A stretch of DNA of 64,000 bases from Prorocentrum cordatum. Taxonomy: Eukaryota. Made by a program: the position numbers and the translations under genes. Shown here piece after piece: positions 24,301-35,690 of the stretch; position 1 is the first letter of the stretch; each line of letters starts with the position of its first letter. The stretch spans positions 558,001 to 622,000 of the forward strand of contig CAUYUJ010000115.1 in NCBI GenBank assembly GCA_963575745.1. Reading direction: 5' to 3'. Below the pieces are notes generated by a model. The model was not told the DNA's origin, made no database searches, and was given only the letters and a program-made list of their open reading frames with translations.

Positions 24301-26870
24301 TGAAATATACTCTAGTTGGTGGTGCACTTGTTCATTCTGCCTGACAGTCTTGTCTCTGTTGCGTAGTGCTGCATGTTCTTTTCTTAGTGCCGCTTCAGTA
24401 TGTGCATGTAGTTGTAGCTCTGTCAGTCGAAATGTTTGGTTGAGCTCCTTGGCGTCGTGGAAGTTATTGGAGAGGTGGTCATGCGCCGCTTGTAGCTGAT
24501 GTATGGTGTCTTCTGTGGTCCGTAGTCGTACTGCTCAGTTGTCTCTTGCTGTCGCCGTCTTGCTCTGCTGTGTGCCTCTGGACTCTAATGATCTTGTCGT
24601 TGTCCTTGGAACGGTCGTATGCTGACTGTAGCAGTACCTTGGAATCGGCGTGCTTCCCGATCGTCTTTTGGGTTGGGTTGGTGAGATGTGGCCGGCTGGA
24701 GTGTGTCTAGTGGAGGCCGATTCGTTGGGTATCTGCCGAGCTGTATGTTTTGTGTCCATGAGTATGGATTCGGTGTGTGCTGTCTATTGTCGGATAATTA
24801 TTGTTCCAGGTTGGTGTATGTCTTGGTCTTGAAAGTGATGGTATTATGTGCTTGTTGTGTTTTTTGAGCGATGCCTCCGACATCTTGGCTCATGCTTCAT
24901 AGTCGTCCTTGGGTCGGCGTTTAGACTGCAGTTGTTTCTGCTGGTAGCTTTTGATCTAGCAATTGTCGCTTGATGACTGCAACCTGCTGTCGTAGCTGGA
25001 GTGTATCTTGACCTGCGCTCTCGACTTCCATGGCCTGTGTGGCAAGTATGCGAAGCTCGGTTGCTTTTTGTCGTATGCCAGGCCCCAACCATGATGAGAG
25101 TAGCACCTGGTTTGTCCTTGTGCAGGGCGTCATTGTACTGCCTCGGAAAAGCTTTCTCCGAACGCCGTCACAGACGCCCATGCCGACCCACAGCGTGTTG
25201 GGAATGTCCACGCCCATGCCGCCTGCCATTATGTTGCGCAGTCGTGGCACATGTGGACCACAATGGGCATTCATGACACCGTGCCATTATTTCGGTTTGT
25301 ACACGCCTACAACGACGTGCGTTCATTCACTATTCCGTGTCGGAAAGAACGTGACAGATCCCATTGTGTGTTGACAGCGAACGGCGACCATGACGAATGT
25401 TTCCGACCGTGCAGACATTCATTTTTTGTTCCGCTCCGCGAGCCTCGTGAAGGTTTCTTGAATTACGCATTGGAAAACCCAATCAGTGGATGTTTTGAAA
25501 AGTAGTCACATGGATTTTGATATCGATTTAGATCGATAATGAGATCGATAGTGTAATCGATAGAGGACGAGTGTAAGGTCGATCGTGAGACCGAGAGTGA
25601 AATCGATTCAATGAGATCGATAGGGAGATCGATCGCGAGATCGTTCGTGCGATCTCTAGTGAGATCGTTTGTGGCATCGATAGTGAGATCGATTGTGAGA
25701 TCGATGGTGAGATCGATAGAGAGGTGGGAAATGAGATCGATGGTGAGACCGATCGATAATAAGATCGACCAGGAACCCGGGAACCCAGTAACCTTGCCGC
25801 CCACCGAAATCAGCCCAGAACCCGGAATCGGGAACCCAGAAACCCAGCGTGCGACCAAAATCAGCGGGAAATGTTCGCCAAATCCTTCAACCTCCGCTAA
25901 GACCCCGTCAGTGCAAGCACTGATTGGGAAATAACCAGGCTCCACCCACTCCTGGATAACGTTTTAACTGAAGGAATGGATCACCCCAGGCCCCCCCCCC
26001 CCTGCAGGCGGAAACCCGTTTAGCTTTTTTTGTCGGGAGGAGCCTTTTGACCGCGCGCCTGATGATGCGCCCGGGATTGGGCGCAGAAGCCTTCATTTGT
26101 CCTGCGGGTGTTGTTGGGGCCTTGGTGTGGCGTTTGGAGAAACACTTCCGAGCCTGTAGCATGCTTCCAGAAGGTAGTCGATGAGTGCCTGATGCTCTCG
26201 TGCAGTGTAGATTTTGTAGTCATCGCGTCTTGCTGTAGGTGTAGCCCGGCGGTTGTGGTTTGGGTCTTGGCGTCGGTCGTTGTGGACGTCGCGCGTGTAG
26301 TTGATGCTCCCAGGGTTATGGTGCTCTGGCTTGCTGATGGTAGGTGTCGCTGTAGTACTGCTGGTTGGGTTGTTTTGACCTCGTGTGGTCGGCTGGCTGG
26401 TCGTCGGTGCACTGGGTAGGTAAAACCGATAGGCTGCCAAGTGGGTAGTTTCCTCTTGCCGTGGTTGTGCTTCTGTTGATGTGTCCCTCTGCTTTTGCTT
26501 TTGGCGTGGGACATTGTGCTGGTCGTCGGTCTAGGTGGTTGTTGTGCGCTGTGATGTTGGTCGAGCAGTTGTCGAGCTATGTTGGGATTATGCTGGGTGT
26601 GCTGGACCAGTTGGGTGCGTGCTGAAGCAACTCGCAGTAGTGAAGGTGCTGTAGCTCGTTGTTTCGGCTTGCGTCGGTGCCGGGGACAGTTTGACGTCGA
26701 CGTTGTCGTTGCGCTACTGCTTGCCAACTCCTGCATCGGGAGTTGGTGCTAGGTGCTAGGTGGCGGTTGCTTGGCGAAAACGGAGGTGCATGTTGTGTTT
26801 GTGCTGTCGTTACCGTTGGTAGTAGTTGACGAAGTCGCGGTGGTGCTTCGTCTTGGCCAAAATGGCCGTC
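21360..26870 (-). pseudogene. Heavily decayed non-LTR retrotransposon remnant(s), interrupted near 25450-26100
   Basis: Minus-strand fragments resemble APE motifs (KVKVIV..GHAPQH; RTLFHKRPDDVYT vs NTIFHKPPEKQIT in the intact LINE) and RT motifs (PGDNLTSLL, VVLYGERM); coiled-coil-like fragments at 23331-25274; SL-like gccattttggccaag at 26852-26866; many stops and frameshifts. Confidence 0.4.
25461..25933 (-). mobile_element. Asymmetric-IR (Helitron2/Helentron-like) element, copy 2, with internal gagatcgat array
   Basis: Perfect 11-bp IR cccaatcagtg (25478-25488) / cactgattggg (25918-25928); terminal hairpin cagtgc-aa-gcactg. Confidence 0.65.
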
Positions 26871-27894
26871 CAAGTGGTGGTGGTGCTAGGGCCACCCGAG
26901 AAGTAAACGAACAATAGGGAGTATAGGTGTCTGGAGGAAACGGAACGTAAGAGGTGTCTGGTGATACGGAATGTAAGAGGTGTTCGATTATTTGATATTG
27001 GTGATGTGATGCCGATGGGTCGGCGTAGTGCGTATGACGCCTCAACCGATTTGCTGGTCGTAGTCTCCTCTTCCTCCTCATCCAGATTCCGCCTCCCCTC
27101 TGCAAATGCTCAGATGTTTAGCACTAGCAGGCCGCTTTCTGGTTGATTGGGAGTTTCTGCATATATAGAAGAAGGAGCTTGATTACGCGGGTAAGTAGGA
27201 TGCCAGGGTGGGCGGGGCCTGGTGGACGCATATTGTAAAGATATGAGGCGGAACGTAGGTGCGTCCCCAATGCCGTGTGAAACGCAAGCCATTGCAAGTT
27301 GCACTTCGCGATCAATCCTCGAGCCGCCATCCTGTTTTCGCGGCCTTTGCCCATGAATCTGAACGTTTACGCTTCCAGCCCATCTCGCTCCCGTGCTCGC
27401 ATCCTCCACCTTTTCCTCCACATCCTCCCAGGAAACCCCTGAAGTCGAACCCTCGATCCTCGATCCCGGGAGGTCCCTGGAGGTCATCCCTCCTCCTCCT
27501 CCTCCTCCTCCTCCTCCTCTTTTTCCTCCTCCTCCCCCTCAGCATCATAATCCACACATTATTGCTCTCTCCTCTTCCTCTCTCTCATCCCTCTTCCCTT
27601 CTCCCTCGTCCGTCGTTGTGCTCACAGTGCGGGTATTATGCCAGTAGTGTCATCAGATGTTTGGGGCAGGTCTGCCTCAGGTGTACGAATGCGAATCGAG
27701 CTGTTTATTTGAATCGGGTCGAGTCCGATCGTTGGCCGAAGGCGCTAAGCAAGGCCGCGAAGCTGGCTCGCAAGCGTCCGTAGGCGTCGTTTCGTCTCGC
27801 ATCGCGACTGTTCTCACTCTCACTCTCACTCACTCACTCTTTCGTCTTCCCGTGGGGCCTGGGAGGGCGTTGGCGGCCCTCGTGGCGCTTGGTG

Positions 27895-28480
27895 CGAGGA
27901 TGCTTTGAGCGAGGGCGCCAAACTGGGACACGTCCAGTGCGTCTGGTGCGTCCCTGGAAAACACGCCCAGCGCGCCCGGCGCTCCTGGTGCATCCCCTGA
28001 AATGGTCCCTCGTGTTGGGGACGATTTCGCAAGGATGTCTGAGCGAGAGCGCTGGATTAGTCCACGCCCAGTGCGTTCGACGCCCCCGTTACATTCAGAG
28101 AAATAGTCCTTGTGAGCGCGCTGGGGGCCTTTGGAGCGATTCTCGCGAGGAGGAGCTCTCGAACGAGAGCGCCAGATTGGGACACGCTTGGCGCGCCTTG
28201 CACGCCCGGTGCTTCCCTCGAACTGGTCCCTGGGAGCGCGCTAGGGGCCCCCAGGGCGATTTTTGCGAGGATCTCTCAAGCGATAGCGCCAGATTGGGAC
28301 ACGCCCGGCGCGCCCGGTGCATCACTGGAAATGGTCCCTGGGGGCGCGCTGGCGGCGCGTGGGGCGATATCTGCAAGGAGCGGCGTCTCTGGCGAGCAAT
28401 TGGGACACACCCCGTGCGCCAGGCGCGCACGGTGTATCTTCAGAAATGGTCCCTGGGAGCGCGCCGAGAGCTCAACCGTT
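27895..28480 (+). repeat. Degenerate tandem minisatellite (cgccagattgggacacgc..aaatggtccctgggagcgcgc)
   Basis: About 5 copies at roughly 110-125 bp spacing. Confidence 0.75.
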
Positions 28481-29550
28481 GCGTCGCATCTCCCGTGGAC
28501 TATTTTGCACAAAATTCAGGAGCGAAAGAAGGACGCACACGTACATGAATCCACGCTGGTTTCCAGATTTCGCATGCGCGAATGTTCGTATTACGCGGCC
28601 GGTCTCGCGGGTCAAGGGGCCATGTTCATGTACATAGTTGAGCGCGTACGTCTTCTGTGGGCTCCCTAAGAATGTCAAGTGTGATATCCAGGTTGTGTTT
28701 TCAAATCGGACGTATTCGGCCCTTCACGAGTTCGTTTCCCGATACAGTGATGGCAACATTTCAGGACCAGTGATGTCGTCAGTCCGACTGGCGCTCTTGC
28801 CCTATCGTGAGCCACAGTTGTCGATTCGAGTCCTTCCTCGTCGTTGCCGTCTTCCTTATTCCAGTTCGCCTTCCCCTGGTTTTCCTGCTCCTCCTTTTTC
28901 TATTGCCCAGCCCGTGCTCCACCTCATTCCTGCCGCTTCGCTTCCTCCAATGTAGCAAGGGCTTTCTATTCCGATTTCGCAGCGAGCGATGTATTAAATC
29001 CGGCAACGGCCAGTGGGGGATCAACGTCGTCTAGGATTCCCTCAGCCGGCGGATAGAAGAGGTCTCAGCGCAATGGTAAGGGACAGGCGTGGGGTGGTCT
29101 GGCCGTCAGATGTGGCGCGAGCTCACCTGATCAATTTGCTTTTCTAAAGAGCACGATATAAATATACCTGTTCAGAGTTCCGCGCGGATTCCTCGGGTCC
29201 ACGTGGTCCCCCTTCCCTGACGCGCGGAGCGCGACAGGGGCAGCGCCGGAGGCGTCACAAGGAGGGTCCAGCGCCTTTTGTTCCTTTGCTCTCTCCTCCT
29301 TCCGTCCTCCATCCCTCAGGCGTCCTCCTCCCCTGCTCGGAGCCTGCGGGGCGGAGGCGCCACGCAAGAGAGGTGGCATAGCAGGAGAGCCAGATGCAGG
29401 GGAAGACGGAGGAGGGGAGGAGGAGCCTTCCTCCCCTCCATCCTCCCCTCCTTCCGTCCTCCCCTCCTCCCCTCCTCCCTCCTCCCTCCTCCGCCCTCCC
29501 TCCGCCTTGCGCCCAGGGACTCCCCCCCTCGGCCCCCGGGCCCGACCGAG

Positions 29551-29619
29551 GTCGGACACGAGCTCCTCCCACGGCTCGCACGCGGTGTCGCAGGGGTCCT
29601 GCCCGAAGTCCGACTCGAG
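29551..29619 (+). CDS. Host gene exon 5: (R)SDTSSSHGSHAVSQGSCPKSDS(R)
   Basis: cgag|g acceptor, ag|gc donor, phase 2-2, all codons end in G/C. Confidence 0.65.
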
Positions 29620-30007
29620 GCCCACCGGCAGCGTGCGGCCTCTCTCCTGCGCTCCCGCCGCCGCCTCTGACCCCCACCTTCCCGGGTGGGGAGGGCGCGA
29701 ACAGATCATCCTCTTCCTCCTCCTCCTCCTCCTCCTCCTCCTCCTCCTCCTCCTCCTCCTCCTCCTCTTCCTCCTCCTCCTCCTCCTCCTCCTCCTCCTC
29801 CTCCTCCTCCTCCTCCTCCTCTCTTCCTCCTCCTCCTCCTCCTCCTCCTCCTCCTCCTCCTCCACCTCCTCCCCCCTCTCCTTAACCTCCTCCTCCTCCT
29901 CCTCTTCCTCCTCGTCCTCCTCCCCGTCCTCGTCCTCCTCCTCTTTTTCCTCCTCCTGCTCCTCCATTCCATTTCCTTATGAATCATTTCTCCCTGTCGA
30001 ACCCCGA

Positions 30008-30623
30008 GGCCAGTTTTTAGGGCGGGCCAGGCGTTTTGCCTGAGACTTCCTCACCATTTCTGATTCTGAAGCTTGAAAAATAGACACCAGCTTCACAGTT
30101 GGAGGGCGGCTGGTTTTCAAAATGTGGCTCTCGTCTCAGGGCCGCGCACACATTTGTTTTGAAACATGGCAAGAGTTTCACGGATTGAGGGCGGCTGGTT
30201 TTCAAAATGTGGGTCTCGCCTTAGCTCCGCGCACATTTGTTTTCAACAGTTGCAGGAGTTGCACGGATTGTGGGCGGGTGGTTTTGAAAATGTGGTTCTC
30301 GTTCTAGCGCCGCGCGCATTCGTTTTCCGAATGTGCAAGAGTTTCACGGATTGAGGACGGCTCCTTTTCAAAATGTGGTTCTCGCTTTAGCGCCGCGCGC
30401 ATATGTTTTAAACATGTGCAAGAGTTACACGGATTGAAGGCGGGTGATTTTCAATATGTGGTTCTCGCCTGAGCACCGCGCACTTTTTTCATACAAAATT
30501 CAAGAGCTTCACGGATTGAGGGCGGCTGTTTTCGCTTTAGGGCCGCACACATTCGTTTTCAACATTTGCAAGAGTGTCACTGGTTCCAGTGATCAACAAA
30601 CATACCAGTAATGGCGTTTTGGA
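30008..30623 (+). repeat. Composite repeat copy 1, left part (head plus ~78-bp minisatellite); right part at 35311-35610
   Basis: Head ggccagtttttaggg..gaagcttgaaaaa and unit caagagtttcacggattgagggcgg..ttttcaaaatgtgg align to copy 2; split by the minus-strand LINE. Confidence 0.85.
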
Positions 30624-32667
30624 TCAAATCAAAACGTTGTACATGCCGCGGCCGACGAACAGCAGCACGACATAAAAAATAGAAAAAGATCAGCAACTTT
30701 CGGGGGTGACACCCTCCTCCGCCGCCTCCTCCTCCTCCACCTCCGCAGATTTCTCTGCGCCCTCCTCGCCCTCCCCGTCCTCCTCCCTGCTCTCGCCCTC
30801 TACCTCCTCCGTTTCTCCATCCCGGGCATCTGCGCGCTGCCCTCTGCCCTCGCCTGGCGGGGTCCGCCTGTGCGGATGCCTCCCCGCCCCCTCCTCGACC
30901 TCCTCTCGCCGGGTGGGATCCGCCTGTGCGGGTGCCCCCACCCCGGCGGGGCCCGCCTGTGCGGGTGCCCCCACCCCTGCCTCTACCTCCTCCTCCTCCT
31001 CCTCCTCCTCCTCCTCCTCCTCCTCTGCCTCTCCCTCTGCCTCTCCCCCTGCCTCCTCGCCCTTCGTTGCGAGCCCGCTCCTCCTCTTCCTCCTCCTCTG
31101 CCTCCTCGGCTCCCTCGCCCTGCTGGCGCTGCTGCAGTTCCGCCTCTTCCTCGAGGAAGTCGTCCGCCTCCCTGCCCCCCTGCGGGGCCGTCTGCGCCGC
31201 CTCCTCAGGCGCTCGCCACTGACGGGCTGGATACCTGACGTCCCAGGTGCGTTCCGCCACCTCTTCCATCCAGCGCAGGACCAACCGATCCTCGTCCCGG
31301 CTGCGTCCCGCTGGCCAGCCCCAGCGCGCCTGCAGGGCGTCCCCTGGCCGGGCCGGGGCCCAGCGTGGTCGGTGTGTGCACCCCCACATGATGTGGTCCT
31401 GGTCTGGCAAGTCTGTGTCGCAGCTAGGCCACACGCAGTGGCATGCTTCGTCAAACTTCCCTCCTCCCGCTGCTTTCGCCGCCAGCGGCGACAGGAAGGA
31501 CCCGCACATTATGTGCATCCTCGTCCCCGCTCCGTCCTTTGCTGCCTCTCGGGCTAGCTTCACGCGGGCCTCATCGTATTCGACGCCCTGCAGCGGGGCC
31601 ACATCCCTCCTCCTCTGGCGCTTGAACTGCTGCCAGTTCCACCAGCGCCAGCCCTCGCACACCTGGTGCATCTGCCTGGCGTGCACCTCTTTCTCCACCT
31701 CGTCACAAGCTGGACGCTCCTGCAGGTCCAGCTCCATCCCCGTGCCCGGGTGGTACCAGTTCCAGGCGCTCGCGTCCCCTGCCAGCCCATTTTCCGCAGC
31801 CAGCAGCGCACCTCCGCCACTAAGGTGCCTCGCTTGCGGTACCAACTCGTGTACCAGCGGGAATCGTCTCGCCTCCGCAGCCGTCGCCGCATCGTGGCCA
31901 CCTGCCGGCACCCGATCACCACATCCGCCGCAAGGGTGCCGCCCTCGAGGATGTTCATGATGTGCTTGGACCCCATGGGGCATCCGCCTGCGCTCCTCCT
32001 GATCGCTGCCGTCACCTGGTCGGCCTTGACCCGGGGCGGGGTCTTCGCCATCCAGCCATAGGTGCTCTTGGACAACCCAAAGGCCCTGCAGTATTCCTGC
32101 TTCTTGCGTCGCCCAACCGGCAAGCATTGCAGGCGGCGGATCTCTCTCAGCGCGCTCTGTACCCGCGCTTCTTCCTTCACATGCATGCCTCTGCCCTGCA
32201 CCCCCACCGTGACGACTCCGAGGGCCTCCATCGCCGGGACCACCTTGTCCCCCAGCCCCTGCCTGTCTGCCTCCGCCCGCAGCGCCGCCTCCTCCGCGCG
32301 CCCGCGAGCAACGAGCTGGATCTTCCGTGGGTTCTCGCGGAGTCCCACTCGCGCGCTCCAGCGGTGCCAGATGGCCACCCGTCCCACCACCTCCACGGCG
32401 GTCGTCGCGGACCACGTCCTGTCGTCCATATAGATGGTGGACCTCGGTGTCCGGCCTGCCCGCCTCCCTAGCGCTCTCCTCCTCAGTCGTCCAGGCCCGG
32501 CGGCCTGTGAGCGCCCCTCGCCCGCTGCTGCCTCCTCCTGCCTCGGTTCCTCGGCCTCCTCCGCTTGGGCGTCCGCCGGGCCCTCTGTGCCCGGTGCTGC
32601 CCCTGTCTCCTCCGCCTGCGCCTCGTCGCAGTGCTCCTCCTCCGCCTCCGCCGCTGCTGCTGCTGCC

Positions 32668-32701
<34 letters not shown>

Positions 32702-35310
32702 CTGCTGCTGCTGCAGCTGCTGCTGCTGCCTCCTCTGCCCGTCGTGGTTCGGGCGTCGGCCCTCCTCCCGCCAGTGCTCCAGCGTGCTGCGGCGTCGCCT
32801 GCCTGGCCTCTCCTGCCTCCGCTGTCTACTCAGCGTGCTCTGCCTCTGCCTCTGCCTCCTCCTCCTCCTCCTCCTCCTCTTCCTCCTCGGCCTCCGCGCC
32901 TTGCGCTCTCGCCGCGGCAGCCTCCTCTTCCTGCCGCCTCACCCAGCGGGTTCCTGCGCCCATCCACACGTTGAGGGCCATCGGTCCGAAAGGATCCCCT
33001 TGTGGGAGGGCATCGCTTGCCACCAGGGCTTGGGGGCTCACGTGGCCATTCCAGATGACCCATCTGCGCTGGCCAGTCCACAGTTCCTTGCATTGGCGAG
33101 CGATCCTCCTGGGCCACCCCGCTCGCTCCAGCAGTTCACAAGTCACTTGGGGGTGCATGTGATCATAACACAACGAAAAATCCAGCGTGCCAGCATACCC
33201 CTGCTGTGCGAGGTTGTCCGCGATGTCCGCTGCTGCTTCCTCCGCGCCTTTGGAGCCGGCGCCACCCAGCACATCTTCGGGGATGTTGTGTCTCCTCCAT
33301 TCTGCGGCTGGGGCTGACTTGACCCATGCCGAAGCCCAGACGCGCCACCACACGCACTCCACGTTGATCGGCCGCGTGTCGCCAGCCTCCAGCCGGCCAG
33401 CCTGCACCTTGCCCGGCTTCGGGAGGTTCGCCTGCCGCGTCTCCTTCAGCACTTCTGGCACCTTCCCTGCTGTTTGCCAGCGGATGGCAATCATCCGAAA
33501 CAGGTCTGCCACTGCAGCCGGCATGTAGCGGACCTCTGGCCCAGACCAGCCGTCGACGCTGGCGCTGCCCTTTGCCTGCCCCAGCGCTCGCCGCACCTCC
33601 TGCTGCGTAGGGTCGCGCCACTCCACCGCATGGGGGTCCCTCTCATACTCCGCCGCCATGAGGTCGATCGCCTCACGCCTCCGCTGTTCAGCTCCTGATG
33701 CGGCCTGCGGTGCCCACACCTCCTGCCAGTGCTGGCGAATCGCCTCTGTAGCCTCTTCCAGAGTCTCCCTTGGCGCCCCTCGCCATGTGATTGTGGGCGT
33801 CGTCGCCATATCCTTCTGGCCGCGGAGCCACGCCGACACCTCCCGGATGCCGCCGCGCATGCGGTCCCGCCATTCCTGAAGCCGTTCCTGCCGCTGGGCC
33901 TCCTCGACCGCCTGCAGGGCCGCCTCCGCCTTGCGAATGCGGTTCTCCAGCTCCCTCAGGCTGCCTGCTTCCTCCTCTTCCTCCTCTGCCTCCTCTCCTC
34001 CGCCACTCGTTGCCTCCTAAGCCCTCCTCCTGGTCGGCCTCCTCGATGGCCTCCGCCTCTCTCCGCTCCTTTGCCCGGCCCGCGCTGCACCCTCCGCCAG
34101 AGCTGGCGCTGCTCCTCTGTGCTGCCCCAGGCGTCGCCGACCGCGGCGCGTTGCCTGAGAGCCTCCTTCGCCCTGGCGAGCCACCTCCTCGCCTTCCTTA
34201 CCTGGAAGGTGTCCTGGTTCTCCTCTCCGGAGCCTCGGAGCTGCTCCCAGCGGTGCTCCCCGCATCCTCCTTTGCCGCCCTTTGCGGCAGCGGCCTCCTG
34301 GCAGTCTGCGGCCGTGTCCTCCCTGCCCGCTGCGGCCTCCTCCTCCGCAAGCTTCCGAAAGGCGCGGCGCATCATGTCCCCCAGCGCCGTGTTGAAGTCG
34401 CCCCATTCCTCCTCGACCTGGATCCCCTCCTCCACAAGATCCGTCCTCCCCAGCCTCCTCCTAGTTTCTGCAAGCGTGAGCGTTGTCTCGAATCTCATCC
34501 GTGCCTCGGACGCTGCCGTGGCCGCCCAAGCCTCCTCTAGAGCCTGCCTCCATCTGTCGGCATCCACCCCCTTTGGTTTCTTCCAAGAGGGCGTCACCCG
34601 CAACTTGCCGATGCGCCTGTCCACCCGGATCTGTGTCCGGAGGGCCGTGCTCAGCACCTTGTGATCTGACGTCACCAGCGGCAGCGCTCGCATGTCGCCA
34701 ACGCACTCCCGCGCATTGGTGGCGAACCAATCCACCTTTCGTCGTCCACGCCACCGCGCGCCGTCTTCGCACCCTGGCAACACCACCCCGCCGTTGTGCA
34801 CGACCACCGCCTCACAGGCAGACTCGGCAGGTTCATCGTTGAAGTCGCCGCCCCAGAACCACGGCAGCCTGCGCCCGCCGCACTGCACAAACACCGCGTT
34901 GGCCGTGTCCAAGAGCGCCCTCCTCCCAGCAGCGGTGGGCGGCCCGTACGTGTTGAGGCACTGCCACCCCCCCACGCGCACCACCAGTGCCTGTGCTGGA
35001 CCCTCCGTCTTCCCCGTCACCAGGCTGTGGGGCATGGTCTTGCCCACCAGCGTAGCCACGCCTCCTAGAGCCGTCTCCTCGCCCCAGCGTCCGCGTCCTC
35101 GAGGCCCCTCCTGGCGATAAGCCTCATAGCCCCTCCTTTTGGCAGCGCGTGCGAAGCTCTGCCAGTCCTCGTGCCTCATGCGGAGCTCCTGGATCAGGAC
35201 CACGTCCGCATGCAACGCGCCTCCTGCCTGCCCCTCCTCCTCCTCCTCTGCCAGCTGGTACGGCCGGACCTCCTCCAGCAATCGCCATGCCCCTGGTGCC
35301 CCACCAGTGG
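30624..35310 (-). mobile_element. 5'-truncated non-LTR retrotransposon (LINE) with TTTGA-TTTGA 3' tail
   Basis: APE, RT and Cys/His domains on the minus strand; tcaaatcaaa at 30624-30633; both ends abut contiguous parts of the host composite repeat. Confidence 0.9.
30690..35310 (-). pseudogene. Disabled LINE ORF2 (APE endonuclease - reverse transcriptase - Cys/His domain)
   Basis: ADVVLIQE, GGVATLV, WGGDFND, KVDWF, SDHKVL; then VDGW, LPKPGK..TRPINV, LDFSLCYD, LPQGDPFGP, IYMDD (Y at 32430-32432); C-terminal CVWPSC..DHIMWGC. Frameshifts near 34020-34090 and 31780; in-frame TAG at 32826-32828. Confidence 0.9.
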
Positions 35311-35690
35311 CATGTTGATTCGGGATGACACGGGTGCAGCAGTTATGTTGATTCGCGGCGTTGAAGTCCCGCAAAATGGTGTTTTGGCACGATTCCGGGT
35401 CGTCAAGACGCAGCAGTCGGGTTGATCCGTTGTGGTGAAATCCCGAGAACAATGTTTCGGCATGTTGCAGGGTCTTCAAACGGTCGTCTTCCAACGAGGC
35501 AGTTCCCTCAATGGGAATGAACAGTTGTAGGGGCCTGTGAAGCGGGAGTTTGGAGGGAGGGTTAATTCCAACATCATTGATGATTCTTGGGTTTACATTG
35601 GTCCACCTGCTCCTCCTCCTCCTGCTCCTGCTCCCCCCTCCTCCTTCTCCTCCTCCTCCTGCTATTCCTCCTCCTCCTCCTCCTCCTCCA

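Noticed and set aside
24881..24892. catcttggctca, and tttggctcaa near 42875, as SL relics
   Set aside because: Short isolated matches, not at an element or gene boundary; compatible with chance.
35300..35320. TSD for the minus-strand LINE
   Set aside because: Only loose similarity (ccagtggcatgttga vs ccagtaatggcgttttgga); no exact duplication.
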